Positions 1 to 6,520 of a stretch of 11,562 bases of DNA are shown here, piece after piece. Position 1 is the stretch's first letter. The number at the start of each line of letters is the position of its first letter. The DNA is from Verrucomicrobiia bacterium (GTDB taxonomy: Bacteria; Vulcanimicrobiota; Vulcanimicrobiia; Vulcanimicrobiales; Vulcanimicrobiaceae), in assembly GCA_035544315.1 (NCBI GenBank), contig DATKGB010000185.1, positions 1-11,562 on the forward strand, given 5' to 3'. The notes under the pieces were generated by a model. The model ran no database searches, was not told the origin of the DNA, and worked only from the letters and a program-made list of their open reading frames with translations. A program made the position numbers and the translations under genes.

Positions 1-54
1 GGAATAGGAGCGGAGGGCGCGCTTTGGCGTGGGCCGTCCCTTGCCGAGAAGACC

Positions 55-84
55 TTGACGATCTCGGCCTTAATCGGGTATAAC
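55..84 (+). promoter_or_regulatory. Putative sigma70-type promoter for the GntR-SPFH-hydrolase operon: TTGACG (55-60), 18-nt spacer, TATAAC (79-84)
   Basis: Read directly from the sequence. The -35 is near-consensus and the -10 is reasonable, but the spacer is 1 nt longer than optimal. It lies 38 nt upstream of the GntR ATG at 122. There is no obvious Shine-Dalgarno for the first gene, and the putative start falls inside the operator palindrome. Confidence 0.4.
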
Positions 85-86
85 CA

Positions 87-112
87 TATTGTCCTAATAC
101 ACCAGGACAATA
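87..112 (+). promoter_or_regulatory. Palindromic operator TATTGTCCT-N8-AGGACAATA directly abutting the -10 element, probably the autoregulatory site of the adjacent GntR/YtrA-like repressor
   Basis: Perfect 9-bp inverted arms (87-95 and 104-112) with an 8-nt spacer, seen in the sequence. It contains the GT...AC core typical of GntR-family operators and overlaps the predicted transcription start. Confidence 0.45.
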
Positions 113-121
113 AAGACAACA

Positions 122-505
122 ATGCAGGCAACCGATTTCCACCTCGACGGGGCGAGCGCCGTCCCGGTTTACGCGCAGCTCCGCGAGCAAGTGCTTCACG
201 GCATCGCTCGGGGCGCGCTCGTGCCCGGCCAGCAGCTTCCGACCGTCCGCGAGATCGCGATCGTCCTGCGGGTCAACCCCAACACCGTCAACCGTGCCTA
301 CATCGAACTCGAGCGTGAGGGCGTGCTGCAGACCTTCCGCGGACGCGGAACGTTTTTGGCCGAACGTCCCACCGGCGCCGACGACGGACTGCGTCGCCGC
401 CGCCTCCACGAACTGGCCGCGCGCGCGCTTGGCGAAGCTGTCGGCCTGGGTTATCCGGGTCGCGAACTGATCGATCATCTCTTGGAACTACTAGGAACGG
501 AGTAA
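122..505 (+). CDS. GntR-family transcriptional regulator, short YtrA-like form (127 aa): N-terminal winged HTH with only a minimal C-terminal domain
   Basis: ATG at 122, TAA at 503-505. The translation VYAQLREQVLHGIARGALVPGQQLPTVREIAIVLRVNPNTVNRAYIELEREGVLQTFRGRGTFLA is a textbook GntR wHTH. The short length matches the YtrA subfamily. It is the first gene of the + strand operon, 7 nt before the next start. Confidence 0.85.
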   Translation: MQATDFHLDGASAVPVYAQLREQVLHGIARGALVPGQQLPTVREIAIVLRVNPNTVNRAYIELEREGVLQTFRGRGTFLAERPTGADDGLRRRRLHELAARALGEAVGLGYPGRELIDHLLELLGTE

Positions 506-512
506 CTTCAAA

Positions 513-1442
513 ATGCCATCACTCCTACTCACCAACGCCGCTACCGTTCGCGCGTCGCGCACCGGCCGCGGACGTATCAATCCTATCGCTGCGTTCTTGG
601 CCGTCGCCATCGGTGCGATCGGCGTCAACAGAGGACTACACCTTCAAAGTACACCGCTGATCGTCGCAAGCGTCATCGTCGCCACCCTCGTCTTGGTGAG
701 CATTCAAATGGCCAACCCGTGGGAAAAGGCAGTCGTGCTACGCGCGGGACGGTTCCGCAAACTCGCGGGGCCCGGATTATTCGGGATGATTCCCATCGTC
801 GATAGCGTTGCGATGTGGATCGATCAACGCGTGCAGACCTCAACCTTTAGCGCCGAGGAGACGCTGACCAAAGACACCGTCCCGGTCGACGTCGATGCGG
901 TTTTGTTCTGGGTCGTGTGGGATGCGCAAAAAGCCGCGCTCGAAGTGACTTCTTACGCGCAAGCAATCGAGTGGGCCGCTCAAACCGCGCTGCGCGATAT
1001 CATCGGCACGACCACACTGGCAGACCTGCTCTCCAACCGGCAGATAGCCGACGGCTATCTGCAAAAAGCGATCGACGCGCGGACCACGCCTTGGGGAATC
1101 ACCGTCAACTCCGTCGAGATTCGCGACATCAAGATTCCCGATTCGCTTCAAGACGCGATGTCTCGACAAGCCCAAGCCGAACGCGAAAGCCAAGCCCGCA
1201 CGATCCTGGGCAACGCGGAATGTTTGATCGCGCAATCGTTCGTCGAAGCCGCCAAGGCCTACCAGAATAACCCGGTCGCGCTGCATCTGCGCGCGATGAA
1301 TATGCTCTACGAAGGGTTGAAGGAAAAAGGGGCCATGATCATCGTACCCAGCACCGCCGTCGAAACCATGGGCTTAGGCACCATCGGCGGCTTGGCCGCA
1401 CTTTCCCCGCAAGTCGTACCCCAAGGAGGCCCGAATGCCTAA
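513..1442 (+). CDS. SPFH / band-7 (stomatin/prohibitin-like) membrane protein with an N-terminal TM anchor, 309 aa
   Basis: ATG at 513 preceded by AGGAACGGAG (493-502). Hydrophobic N-terminus IAAFLAVAIGAIGV and IVASVIVATLVLV. The SPFH core WEKAVVLRAGRFRKLAGPGLFGMIPIVDSV...IDQRVQT is present, and the C-terminal ALHLRAMNMLYEGLKEKGAMIIVPS is typical of prokaryotic stomatins. The stop TAA at 1440-1442 overlaps the next gene. Confidence 0.85.
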   Translation: MPSLLLTNAATVRASRTGRGRINPIAAFLAVAIGAIGVNRGLHLQSTPLIVASVIVATLVLVSIQMANPWEKAVVLRAGRFRKLAGPGLFGMIPIVDSVAMWIDQRVQTSTFSAEETLTKDTVPVDVDAVLFWVVWDAQKAALEVTSYAQAIEWAAQTALRDIIGTTTLADLLSNRQIADGYLQKAIDARTTPWGITVNSVEIRDIKIPDSLQDAMSRQAQAERESQARTILGNAECLIAQSFVEAAKAYQNNPVALHLRAMNMLYEGLKEKGAMIIVPSTAVETMGLGTIGGLAALSPQVVPQGGPNA

Positions 1443-2985
1443 CCGCTTCGCCCTGGCAACGCTCGCACTGTGCGTCGCCGCTATCGGCGCAACGCCCGCC
1501 CCACCCGCCCGTCCGCCCGACGGCACCTACACCTATACCGTTTCGGGCGTCCCGGGCCTTACCCAAACGACGATCGTCGTTCGCAGCAGCGCTTCGGGCT
1601 TCAGCGTCATCGAGAACGTCGTCCTGCCTAGCGGTGCTGCCGTATCGACGCAAACCGACTACGACACGCAAACCCTGCTGCCCACGCATTATCGCGTCTC
1701 TCAAAACGGTAAGACCACCGATATCGTATTTGCGAACGGCACTGCGACGCTCCTCGAGCCGCCGACCGCGCGTTCAAAACCTGCGGGCACGAAAGGCTTA
1801 ACGATCGGTGAGGGACTGTTCGCCTTGCCCATGATGCTCCCGGCGATCGTTGCATCTGCCGGAGGGCAACCCATCGCCGATTTGGCGATCAACGGCGGCT
1901 TGACCGTCGTCACTCTCACACCGACGAGCGCGGCCGACGCGCGACCTGCCGGCGTGCCCCAAAACGACCTGGAAAGCGCCATCGGCTACCCGAACGGGCT
2001 ACGCGAAACGTTTTGGTCGAACCCGACTACGTATGCCGTCGATCGAATCGGCCTGGGCACGGCCGCCGCCCTCACGCTCAACAACTACAGCACCGCAACG
2101 ACCGCCGTAACGCCCGCACCGGCCGCGGTTCTGCCGACGCCTTACCCGACGGCGCAGCCGCACTTCAGCAGCCGCGACGTTTCGTTTGCGTCGAGCGGCG
2201 GCGCAGCGATTGCCGGAACGCTGACGATTCCCAACGATCCCAAAGGCCGACGGATGCCGGCTTTCATCTTCATACACGGGAGCGGAGCGGGCACGCGCGA
2301 CGCCGCCGTCCCTGCAAATCCAACGTTTCTGGATTTGAGTAACGCGCTGTCGAACAATGGCGTCATCGTACTTCGTTACGACAAACGCGCCATTGGGAAG
2401 AGCACCGGCGAGGGAACCGAGGATTGGCATCCCCTTGGCGACGATGCGCGCGCCGCTATCGCGTTTCTCAAACGCCAACCCTGGGTCGATCCACATCGGA
2501 TCTTTATTCTCGGCCATAGTGAAGGCGGCGAAATCGCGCCGTTGATCGCCCCCTCGATTCCCAATCTCGCCGGCATCGTGCTGATGGCCGGCCCGGCGAT
2601 CTCGCTTGATCGGATCATTGGAAAACAGTTGCCCGGCGACAAGAACGCCGCGTATCGCACGGTGCTCTTGAAAGCGTTCTCGTCGTATGCCGGCCTGGAT
2701 CCGGCCGTCTACATCACCAAAGTTAACGTGCCGATCCTCGTGTTGCAAGGGGGCCGCGACATTCAAGTCTTGGCGAGCGATCTTCCGCATCTCGTCGATG
2801 CAGCCCGCGCCGCGCACCGCAAGATTACCGTGAAGGTGCTACTTGAAGACGATCACTTGTTCTTGCGTCTGCCGGCAAGCGCCGTTAGCAACGCTTCGGA
2901 ATATTTCGTCCCGGCGCCGCTCGATCCGCGCGTTCCGCAGACGATCTTGCAGTGGCTGCGCTCGCTGCCTACTTCTGCGCGGTGA
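1435..2985 (+). CDS. Secreted two-domain protein: signal peptide, ~230-aa N-terminal domain of unknown family, Pro/Thr/Ala-rich linker, and C-terminal alpha/beta-hydrolase (serine hydrolase with GHSEGG nucleophile elbow), 516 aa
   Basis: ATG at 1435 with strong SD AAGGAGG (1423-1429), overlapping the SPFH stop by 8 nt (ATGCCTAA). Signal-like N-terminus MPNRFALATLALCVAAIGATPAPPA. The hydrolase part contains FIFIHGSGAG, ILGHSEGGEIAPLIA (GxSxG), later Asp-rich turns and LLEDDHLF (candidate catalytic His). TGA at 2983-2985. Confidence 0.75.
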   Translation: MPNRFALATLALCVAAIGATPAPPARPPDGTYTYTVSGVPGLTQTTIVVRSSASGFSVIENVVLPSGAAVSTQTDYDTQTLLPTHYRVSQNGKTTDIVFANGTATLLEPPTARSKPAGTKGLTIGEGLFALPMMLPAIVASAGGQPIADLAINGGLTVVTLTPTSAADARPAGVPQNDLESAIGYPNGLRETFWSNPTTYAVDRIGLGTAAALTLNNYSTATTAVTPAPAAVLPTPYPTAQPHFSSRDVSFASSGGAAIAGTLTIPNDPKGRRMPAFIFIHGSGAGTRDAAVPANPTFLDLSNALSNNGVIVLRYDKRAIGKSTGEGTEDWHPLGDDARAAIAFLKRQPWVDPHRIFILGHSEGGEIAPLIAPSIPNLAGIVLMAGPAISLDRIIGKQLPGDKNAAYRTVLLKAFSSYAGLDPAVYITKVNVPILVLQGGRDIQVLASDLPHLVDAARAAHRKITVKVLLEDDHLFLRLPASAVSNASEYFVPAPLDPRVPQTILQWLRSLPTSAR

Positions 2986-3424
2986 CCTGTGCGACGGTCA
3001 CCGGGCTGGCCTTGTTGCCCCACGCCGAGCGAATATAGGTGATCGCCGACGCGATGTCGCCCGCGCTCAAGACCGAACCCCACTTGGGCATCTCGCCGTT
3101 GTAGGTTTGCCCGGCGATGACGATCTTGCCGATCAAGCCGTCCTTGACGATGTGAATCACACGCATCGGATCGCCCACGACCACCGGATTGCCCGCCAAC
3201 GGCGGAAATGCCCCGGGCGAACCCGCGCCGTTGGAACCGTGACAGCTCGAACAGTTGGTATCGAACACTTTGGCGCCGTCGCTGGCCGAGGTGGCCGTAG
3301 CGGCCATCGCCGTCGAGGCCACCGCAGCGCTGCGGCTGGCTGAGGAGGCGGCGTGGCCGCCGCCCGAACATGCCGCCAACGCGAGCGAGCCCGCGGCCGC
3401 CAAGAGTGCTAAGGATCGATGCAT
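2969..3424 (-). CDS. Class I c-type cytochrome, lipoprotein (151 aa): lipobox signal, Ala/Ser-rich linker, single CXXCH haem site and Met sixth ligand
   Basis: ATG at 3424-3422 with SD AAGGGG 9 nt upstream. N-terminus MHRSLALLAAAGSLALAAC-SGGG (lipobox LAAC). Haem motif CSSCHG; the distal GEMPKWG is typical of c551/c6-type cytochromes. TAG at 2971-2969. It lies 15 nt downstream of the SEDS gene on the same strand, and its 3' end overlaps the convergent hydrolase gene by 17 bp. Confidence 0.8.
   Translation of the reverse strand: MHRSLALLAAAGSLALAACSGGGHAASSASRSAAVASTAMAATATSASDGAKVFDTNCSSCHGSNGAGSPGAFPPLAGNPVVVGDPMRVIHIVKDGLIGKIVIAGQTYNGEMPKWGSVLSAGDIASAITYIRSAWGNKASPVTVAQVTAQK
2981..3002 (+). 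terminator. Hairpin GGTGACC-tgtgcgac-GGTCACC spanning the hydrolase stop codon, inside the 3' end of the convergent cytochrome c gene; possible 3'-end or stabilising hairpin for the + operon
   Basis: Perfect 7-bp stem with an 8-nt loop, seen in the sequence. The downstream tract gggcuggccuuguugcc is only weakly U-rich, so this is not a canonical intrinsic terminator. Confidence 0.2.
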
Positions 3425-3439
3425 GACGTAATGCCCCTT

Positions 3440-4648
3440 TTACGACGAGCGCGCGCGTGGGCGCGAACTGAGCGCCCAAGCCAGTGAAATCAAGAGTACG
3501 TTAGCGACCAGCGAACTCCCACCGTAGGAGATAAACGGCAACGTGATGCCGGTCAACGGGAAGAGGCCGATCACCCCGCCGACGATGATGACGACTTGAA
3601 AGCCCAACGTCGCCGCTAAGCCGACCGCAACGAGCTTGGCGTACAGATCGGGTTGCTCGGCACCGACGGCAAAGATGCGGCGGACGATTACCAAGAACAG
3701 CACCAGCACGATCAGCGCGCCCAACAACCCGAACTCTTCGGAGTACGCGGCATAGACGTAGTCGGTTGCGACGTCGGGAATGAACAACGGATGCCCGAGC
3801 CGATAGCCGGTCCCGAACAGACCTCCCGCGGCAAGCGAATAGTAGCCCTGCGCCGCTTGGTAACCCGCGCCGTGCGGATCGGCAAATGGATTCTGCCAAA
3901 CGCTCAAACGCGCCTGAACGTACGAGAAATGCCGCATCGCCCAGGTAGCGGCCAGCGCGAAAACGCCAAAGCCGCCCGCGACGATATCGATCCGCCGCGT
4001 CGCAACGTAGAGCATCGCTGCAAAGGTTGCCAACAGCAGCGTAGCCATGCCCAAATCGCGCTGCAGCACGAGTATCGCCATCGATGCGCCCCATCCCAAG
4101 AACAGCGGCCCGAGGTATTTGAGATTGCTCCGAATCGACCAGGCGCGGGCTTTGGCGATCACGTCGGCGGTTTCGGCAAGGTATGCGGCTAAGAAAAAGA
4201 CGATGAACAATTTGATCAGCTCGACCGGTTCGTACTGGACCGGGCCCAAGCGGATCCACAAACGCGCGCCGTTAACTTCCTGACCGAAGACCAGCAGCAG
4301 CAAGAATAGCACGAACGACGCCAGCACCCAAATGTATTTATACGCAGCCAAGCGTCGGAAACGCGCCAGCGCCGGCCCCAGCGCGATCGCCAACACCAGC
4401 GACACCAACAGCCAATCCAATTGCTTGCGTGCCAAATCGAGCGATATGCGCGCGACGACCAGCAATCCGATCGTGCATAAGACCACCGCCAATGCGGGCA
4501 ACACGTCGTCGCGCGTGACGTCGAGCGGCGCGAGGCCGACCCATAGGAGCGCGCCGACAGCCAGCAGCCACAACAGCCATGGCGCCCCCAATGCCCCGGG
4601 CGGCGCGAACGACAGCGCGAATCCTGCGATCGCCAGCGCGATCGCCAT
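3440..4648 (-). CDS. SEDS-family peptidoglycan glycosyltransferase (FtsW/RodA/SpoVE). The genomic context with FHA and PP2C genes suggests a RodA-like role
   Basis: Multi-TM protein with hallmark SEDS segments LGPVQYEPVELIKLFIVFFLAAY, NPFADPHGAGYQAAQGYYSLAAGGLFGTGYRLGHP, IPDVATDYVYAAYSEEFGLLGA (catalytic Asp region) and FISYGGSSLVANVLLISLAWALS. TAA at 3442-3440. The track ORF runs to 4900, but its first 84 codons are Arg-rich read-through overlapping the upstream PP2C gene. The first ATG after the PP2C stop is at 4648 (checked: cat at 4646-4648), and a TTG at 4672 is an alternative. Confidence 0.8.
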   Translation of the reverse strand: MAIALAIAGFALSFAPPGALGAPWLLWLLAVGALLWVGLAPLDVTRDDVLPALAVVLCTIGLLVVARISLDLARKQLDWLLVSLVLAIALGPALARFRRLAAYKYIWVLASFVLFLLLLVFGQEVNGARLWIRLGPVQYEPVELIKLFIVFFLAAYLAETADVIAKARAWSIRSNLKYLGPLFLGWGASMAILVLQRDLGMATLLLATFAAMLYVATRRIDIVAGGFGVFALAATWAMRHFSYVQARLSVWQNPFADPHGAGYQAAQGYYSLAAGGLFGTGYRLGHPLFIPDVATDYVYAAYSEEFGLLGALIVLVLFLVIVRRIFAVGAEQPDLYAKLVAVGLAATLGFQVVIIVGGVIGLFPLTGITLPFISYGGSSLVANVLLISLAWALSSRPRARSS

Positions 4649-4674
4649 CGGCGTCAGGCGCCGTGCCAGCAACC

Positions 4675-5412
4675 CTACCGAGTCAAACAAAATGCCAGCG
4701 CGCAGAAGATTGCCGCCGCAACGACGACGCTCGGACGTGGCCACGTTCGCGAGTGCGCGGCCGGCTCCGGCGACGGTACGTCGTCGGTACCGAACCGAAC
4801 GATCGCAACGCACTGGCTTGACGATGTCAACGGCGCTCGGCCCGCGAGCGCGACTGCCAGTCGCCGTCGCCCTTCGTCGTCGCGCAGACGACGCGTGCAC
4901 AGCGCGAGCACGTCACCATCGTCGACGGTGAAACGGCACATCGACGCGTCCACCTGCAACTGCGTACCGATCGAGCGGGATAGGATCCGCCCGTCCTCGA
5001 TCGCGTCGTCCTGCGTGAGCGCGACGACGTATCCGGCTCGCAGGAGATAGGCCGCCGTTCCGCCGGCGTGCGCGACGAACGCGCGGCGCCCGCTCACCAG
5101 CACGATCGTCAACGAACTCCCGGCGGTAACGTAATCTTCGTGCGACGCGCTCCGGGCGAACAACTCGCCGTTGACGCGCGCGACGATGGCCAGCAGCTCC
5201 TCGATCTCCGTGTGCCCTCGGCGCAGCCCGCGCATAAAGCGTTCGGTGCGGCCGCGACGCTGGCATTCGGCGCGCAGGCGTTCGAGCGTCGCGCGCGCGG
5301 CCGGTATGCCGTCGATGACTCCAAAGCCCGCGGCGACGGCAAAAATTTCGGTCGCGTCGTCCAAGCGGACGCATAACGAGGAAGACGGATCGCTTGAAAC
5401 CGCAACGCTCAC
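4675..5412 (-). CDS. PP2C/PPM-like Ser/Thr phosphatase homologue (PstP/PrpC-like) with a C-terminal TM anchor; catalytic metal-binding motifs appear degenerate (possible pseudophosphatase)
   Basis: GTG start at 5412-5410 overlapping the upstream FHA gene stop (GTGA). The core GSSLTIVLVSGRRAFVAHAGGTAAYLLRAGYVVALTQDDA parallels the PP2C GTT..VAHIGDSRxYLLRDG...T.DHS block. The C-terminal hydrophobic segment SVVVAAAIFCALAFCL matches the membrane anchor of PstP. Canonical GDSR reads GGTA and CSDGL reads CTRRL. TAG at 4677-4675. Confidence 0.65.
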   Translation of the reverse strand: MSVAVSSDPSSSLCVRLDDATEIFAVAAGFGVIDGIPAARATLERLRAECQRRGRTERFMRGLRRGHTEIEELLAIVARVNGELFARSASHEDYVTAGSSLTIVLVSGRRAFVAHAGGTAAYLLRAGYVVALTQDDAIEDGRILSRSIGTQLQVDASMCRFTVDDGDVLALCTRRLRDDEGRRRLAVALAGRAPLTSSSQCVAIVRFGTDDVPSPEPAAHSRTWPRPSVVVAAAIFCALAFCLTR

Positions 5413-5822
5413 GGCAGCTTCCCAACGTAGCTAATGCGCGTGGTGCCCACATCGATCGTATCGTTGGGTCGCACCTCGATCGCACCATCCAAGCGGCGTC
5501 CGTTAAGAAACGTGCCGTTACTGCTGCCGGCGTCGCTCACATACACGATGCCGTGCTGGGCTTCGAAGCGGGCGTGCAACCGGCTCACTTGGGGATCCAA
5601 GACCATGACGTTCGCGCTGCTCGAGCGTCCGACAACCATCGGACACACGCCTTCGTAGCGCTGCATCGCACCCGCGTGCGCGACCTCGAGCGCGATACGC
5701 ACGGGAAGCGACGGCCCGGTATCGCCGGCGCGATGGGCGCGCGGGCGCGCCGCGACGACGGCAAAGATGGCCAGCGCAGCCAGAATCTCGACCGAACCGG
5801 CGCGCAAACCCGCCTCGTTCAC
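5409..5822 (-). CDS. FHA-domain membrane protein (FhaB/FipA-like): N-terminal TM helix plus C-terminal FHA domain, 137 aa
   Basis: GTG start at 5822-5820 overlapping the upstream gene stop (GTGA). TM segment VEILAALAIFAVVAA. FHA hallmarks MVVGRSSSANVMVLDPQVSRLHARF, SSNGTFLNGRRL and NDTIDVGTTRISY. TGA at 5411-5409. Confidence 0.85.
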   Translation of the reverse strand: MNEAGLRAGSVEILAALAIFAVVAARPRAHRAGDTGPSLPVRIALEVAHAGAMQRYEGVCPMVVGRSSSANVMVLDPQVSRLHARFEAQHGIVYVSDAGSSNGTFLNGRRLDGAIEVRPNDTIDVGTTRISYVGKLP

Positions 5823-6520
5823 GAGCCGGCTTCCAGGCGCATTTCGGTTTTGCCGAACGTCACCAGGTCGCCCGGCGCGAGCCGGCGCGTTTCGACGCGC
5901 TCGCCGTTAACGAACGTGCCGTTGGTCGAGCCCAGGTCGTGGACGATCGGACTACCCGAATCGACGTCGATCACCGCATGGCGTCGCGATACCGATGGAT
6001 CGACCAAGAAGAGTTCGGAGTCGTCGCTGCGGCCCACGTTCAGCGAGCCGTCGATCGTATACACACCGTAGGCCGGAATACCTTTGACCATGCGCAGTTG
6101 AAAGCGCGCCGGTACGGAGTCCGCGCGAGGAAATTCGATGGGATCGGTGTGCACGAGCGTGCCGGGTTCGATCTCGACGGCGCCGGTCGGGATCGACGCG
6201 CGCGGCTGCATGCGGATTTCGACGCCGCCGTCGGAAAATGCGATGTCGACGCGTGACGCCATGTCGACGAGCAGTTGCGACCACTCGCGTTCGAGGTACG
6301 CGCCGTGGGGGGCCAACCGTTCGAGATCGTCGGGATTGACGTACACGACATACTTTCCCGGAGCGACCAGCCCATCTTCGCCGCCGCGCGTGGCCGCCTC
6401 CATGGTCGCGACGAGTTTGCGCGCGATCTGAGCCGGCTCGAGATCGCTCGGAAACGTCTTGGCAAACGCGCGCTCGACAAACGCAGCGCAGGCCGATTCA
6501 ATCCGGGAAAGCCAGCTCAC
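5819..6520 (-). CDS. FhaA-like protein: N-terminal DUF3662-type domain plus C-terminal FHA domain (~233 aa)
   Basis: The N-terminal SWLSRIESACAAFVERAFAKTFPSDLEPAQIARKLVATME matches the FhaA N-terminal domain. The C-terminal FHA reads LNVGRSDDSELFLVDPSVSRRHAVIDVD...VHDLGSTNGTFVNGERV...GDLVTFGKTEMRL. Start re-called to GTG at 6520-6518, which overlaps the rsmB stop as GTGA. The track start at 6703 adds 61 Arg-rich residues that overlap rsmB coding. Confidence 0.8.
   Translation of the reverse strand: MSWLSRIESACAAFVERAFAKTFPSDLEPAQIARKLVATMEAATRGGEDGLVAPGKYVVYVNPDDLERLAPHGAYLEREWSQLLVDMASRVDIAFSDGGVEIRMQPRASIPTGAVEIEPGTLVHTDPIEFPRADSVPARFQLRMVKGIPAYGVYTIDGSLNVGRSDDSELFLVDPSVSRRHAVIDVDSGSPIVHDLGSTNGTFVNGERVETRRLAPGDLVTFGKTEMRLEAGS

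Noticed and set aside
1-54. Similarity of the window start (ggaataggagcgg) to gagtaggagcgg inside the inverted-repeat element core
   Set aside because: The match is only 12 nt with a mismatch and has no accompanying inverted-repeat arm. It is not enough to call a second element copy. It could be re-examined if flanking sequence were available.
55-318. ORF 55..318 + overlapping the GntR start
   Set aside because: It is in a different frame from the well-supported GntR gene, its translation is Arg/Pro-rich, and it would begin inside the promoter.
840-2817. Antisense and alternative-frame ORFs inside the SPFH and hydrolase genes (for example 840..1286 -, 917..1270 +, 1339..1704 -, 1999..2817 -)
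   Set aside because: They are Arg/Gly/Ala-rich, have no motifs, and are fully embedded in well-supported genes. They are typical open frames of GC-rich DNA.
3501-4259. 252-aa ORF on the - strand and other ORFs (3653..4192 +, 4332..4931 +, 2853..3479 -) overlapping the SEDS and cytochrome genes
   Set aside because: Same reasoning as above: low-complexity Arg-rich translations overlapping genes with clear family signatures.
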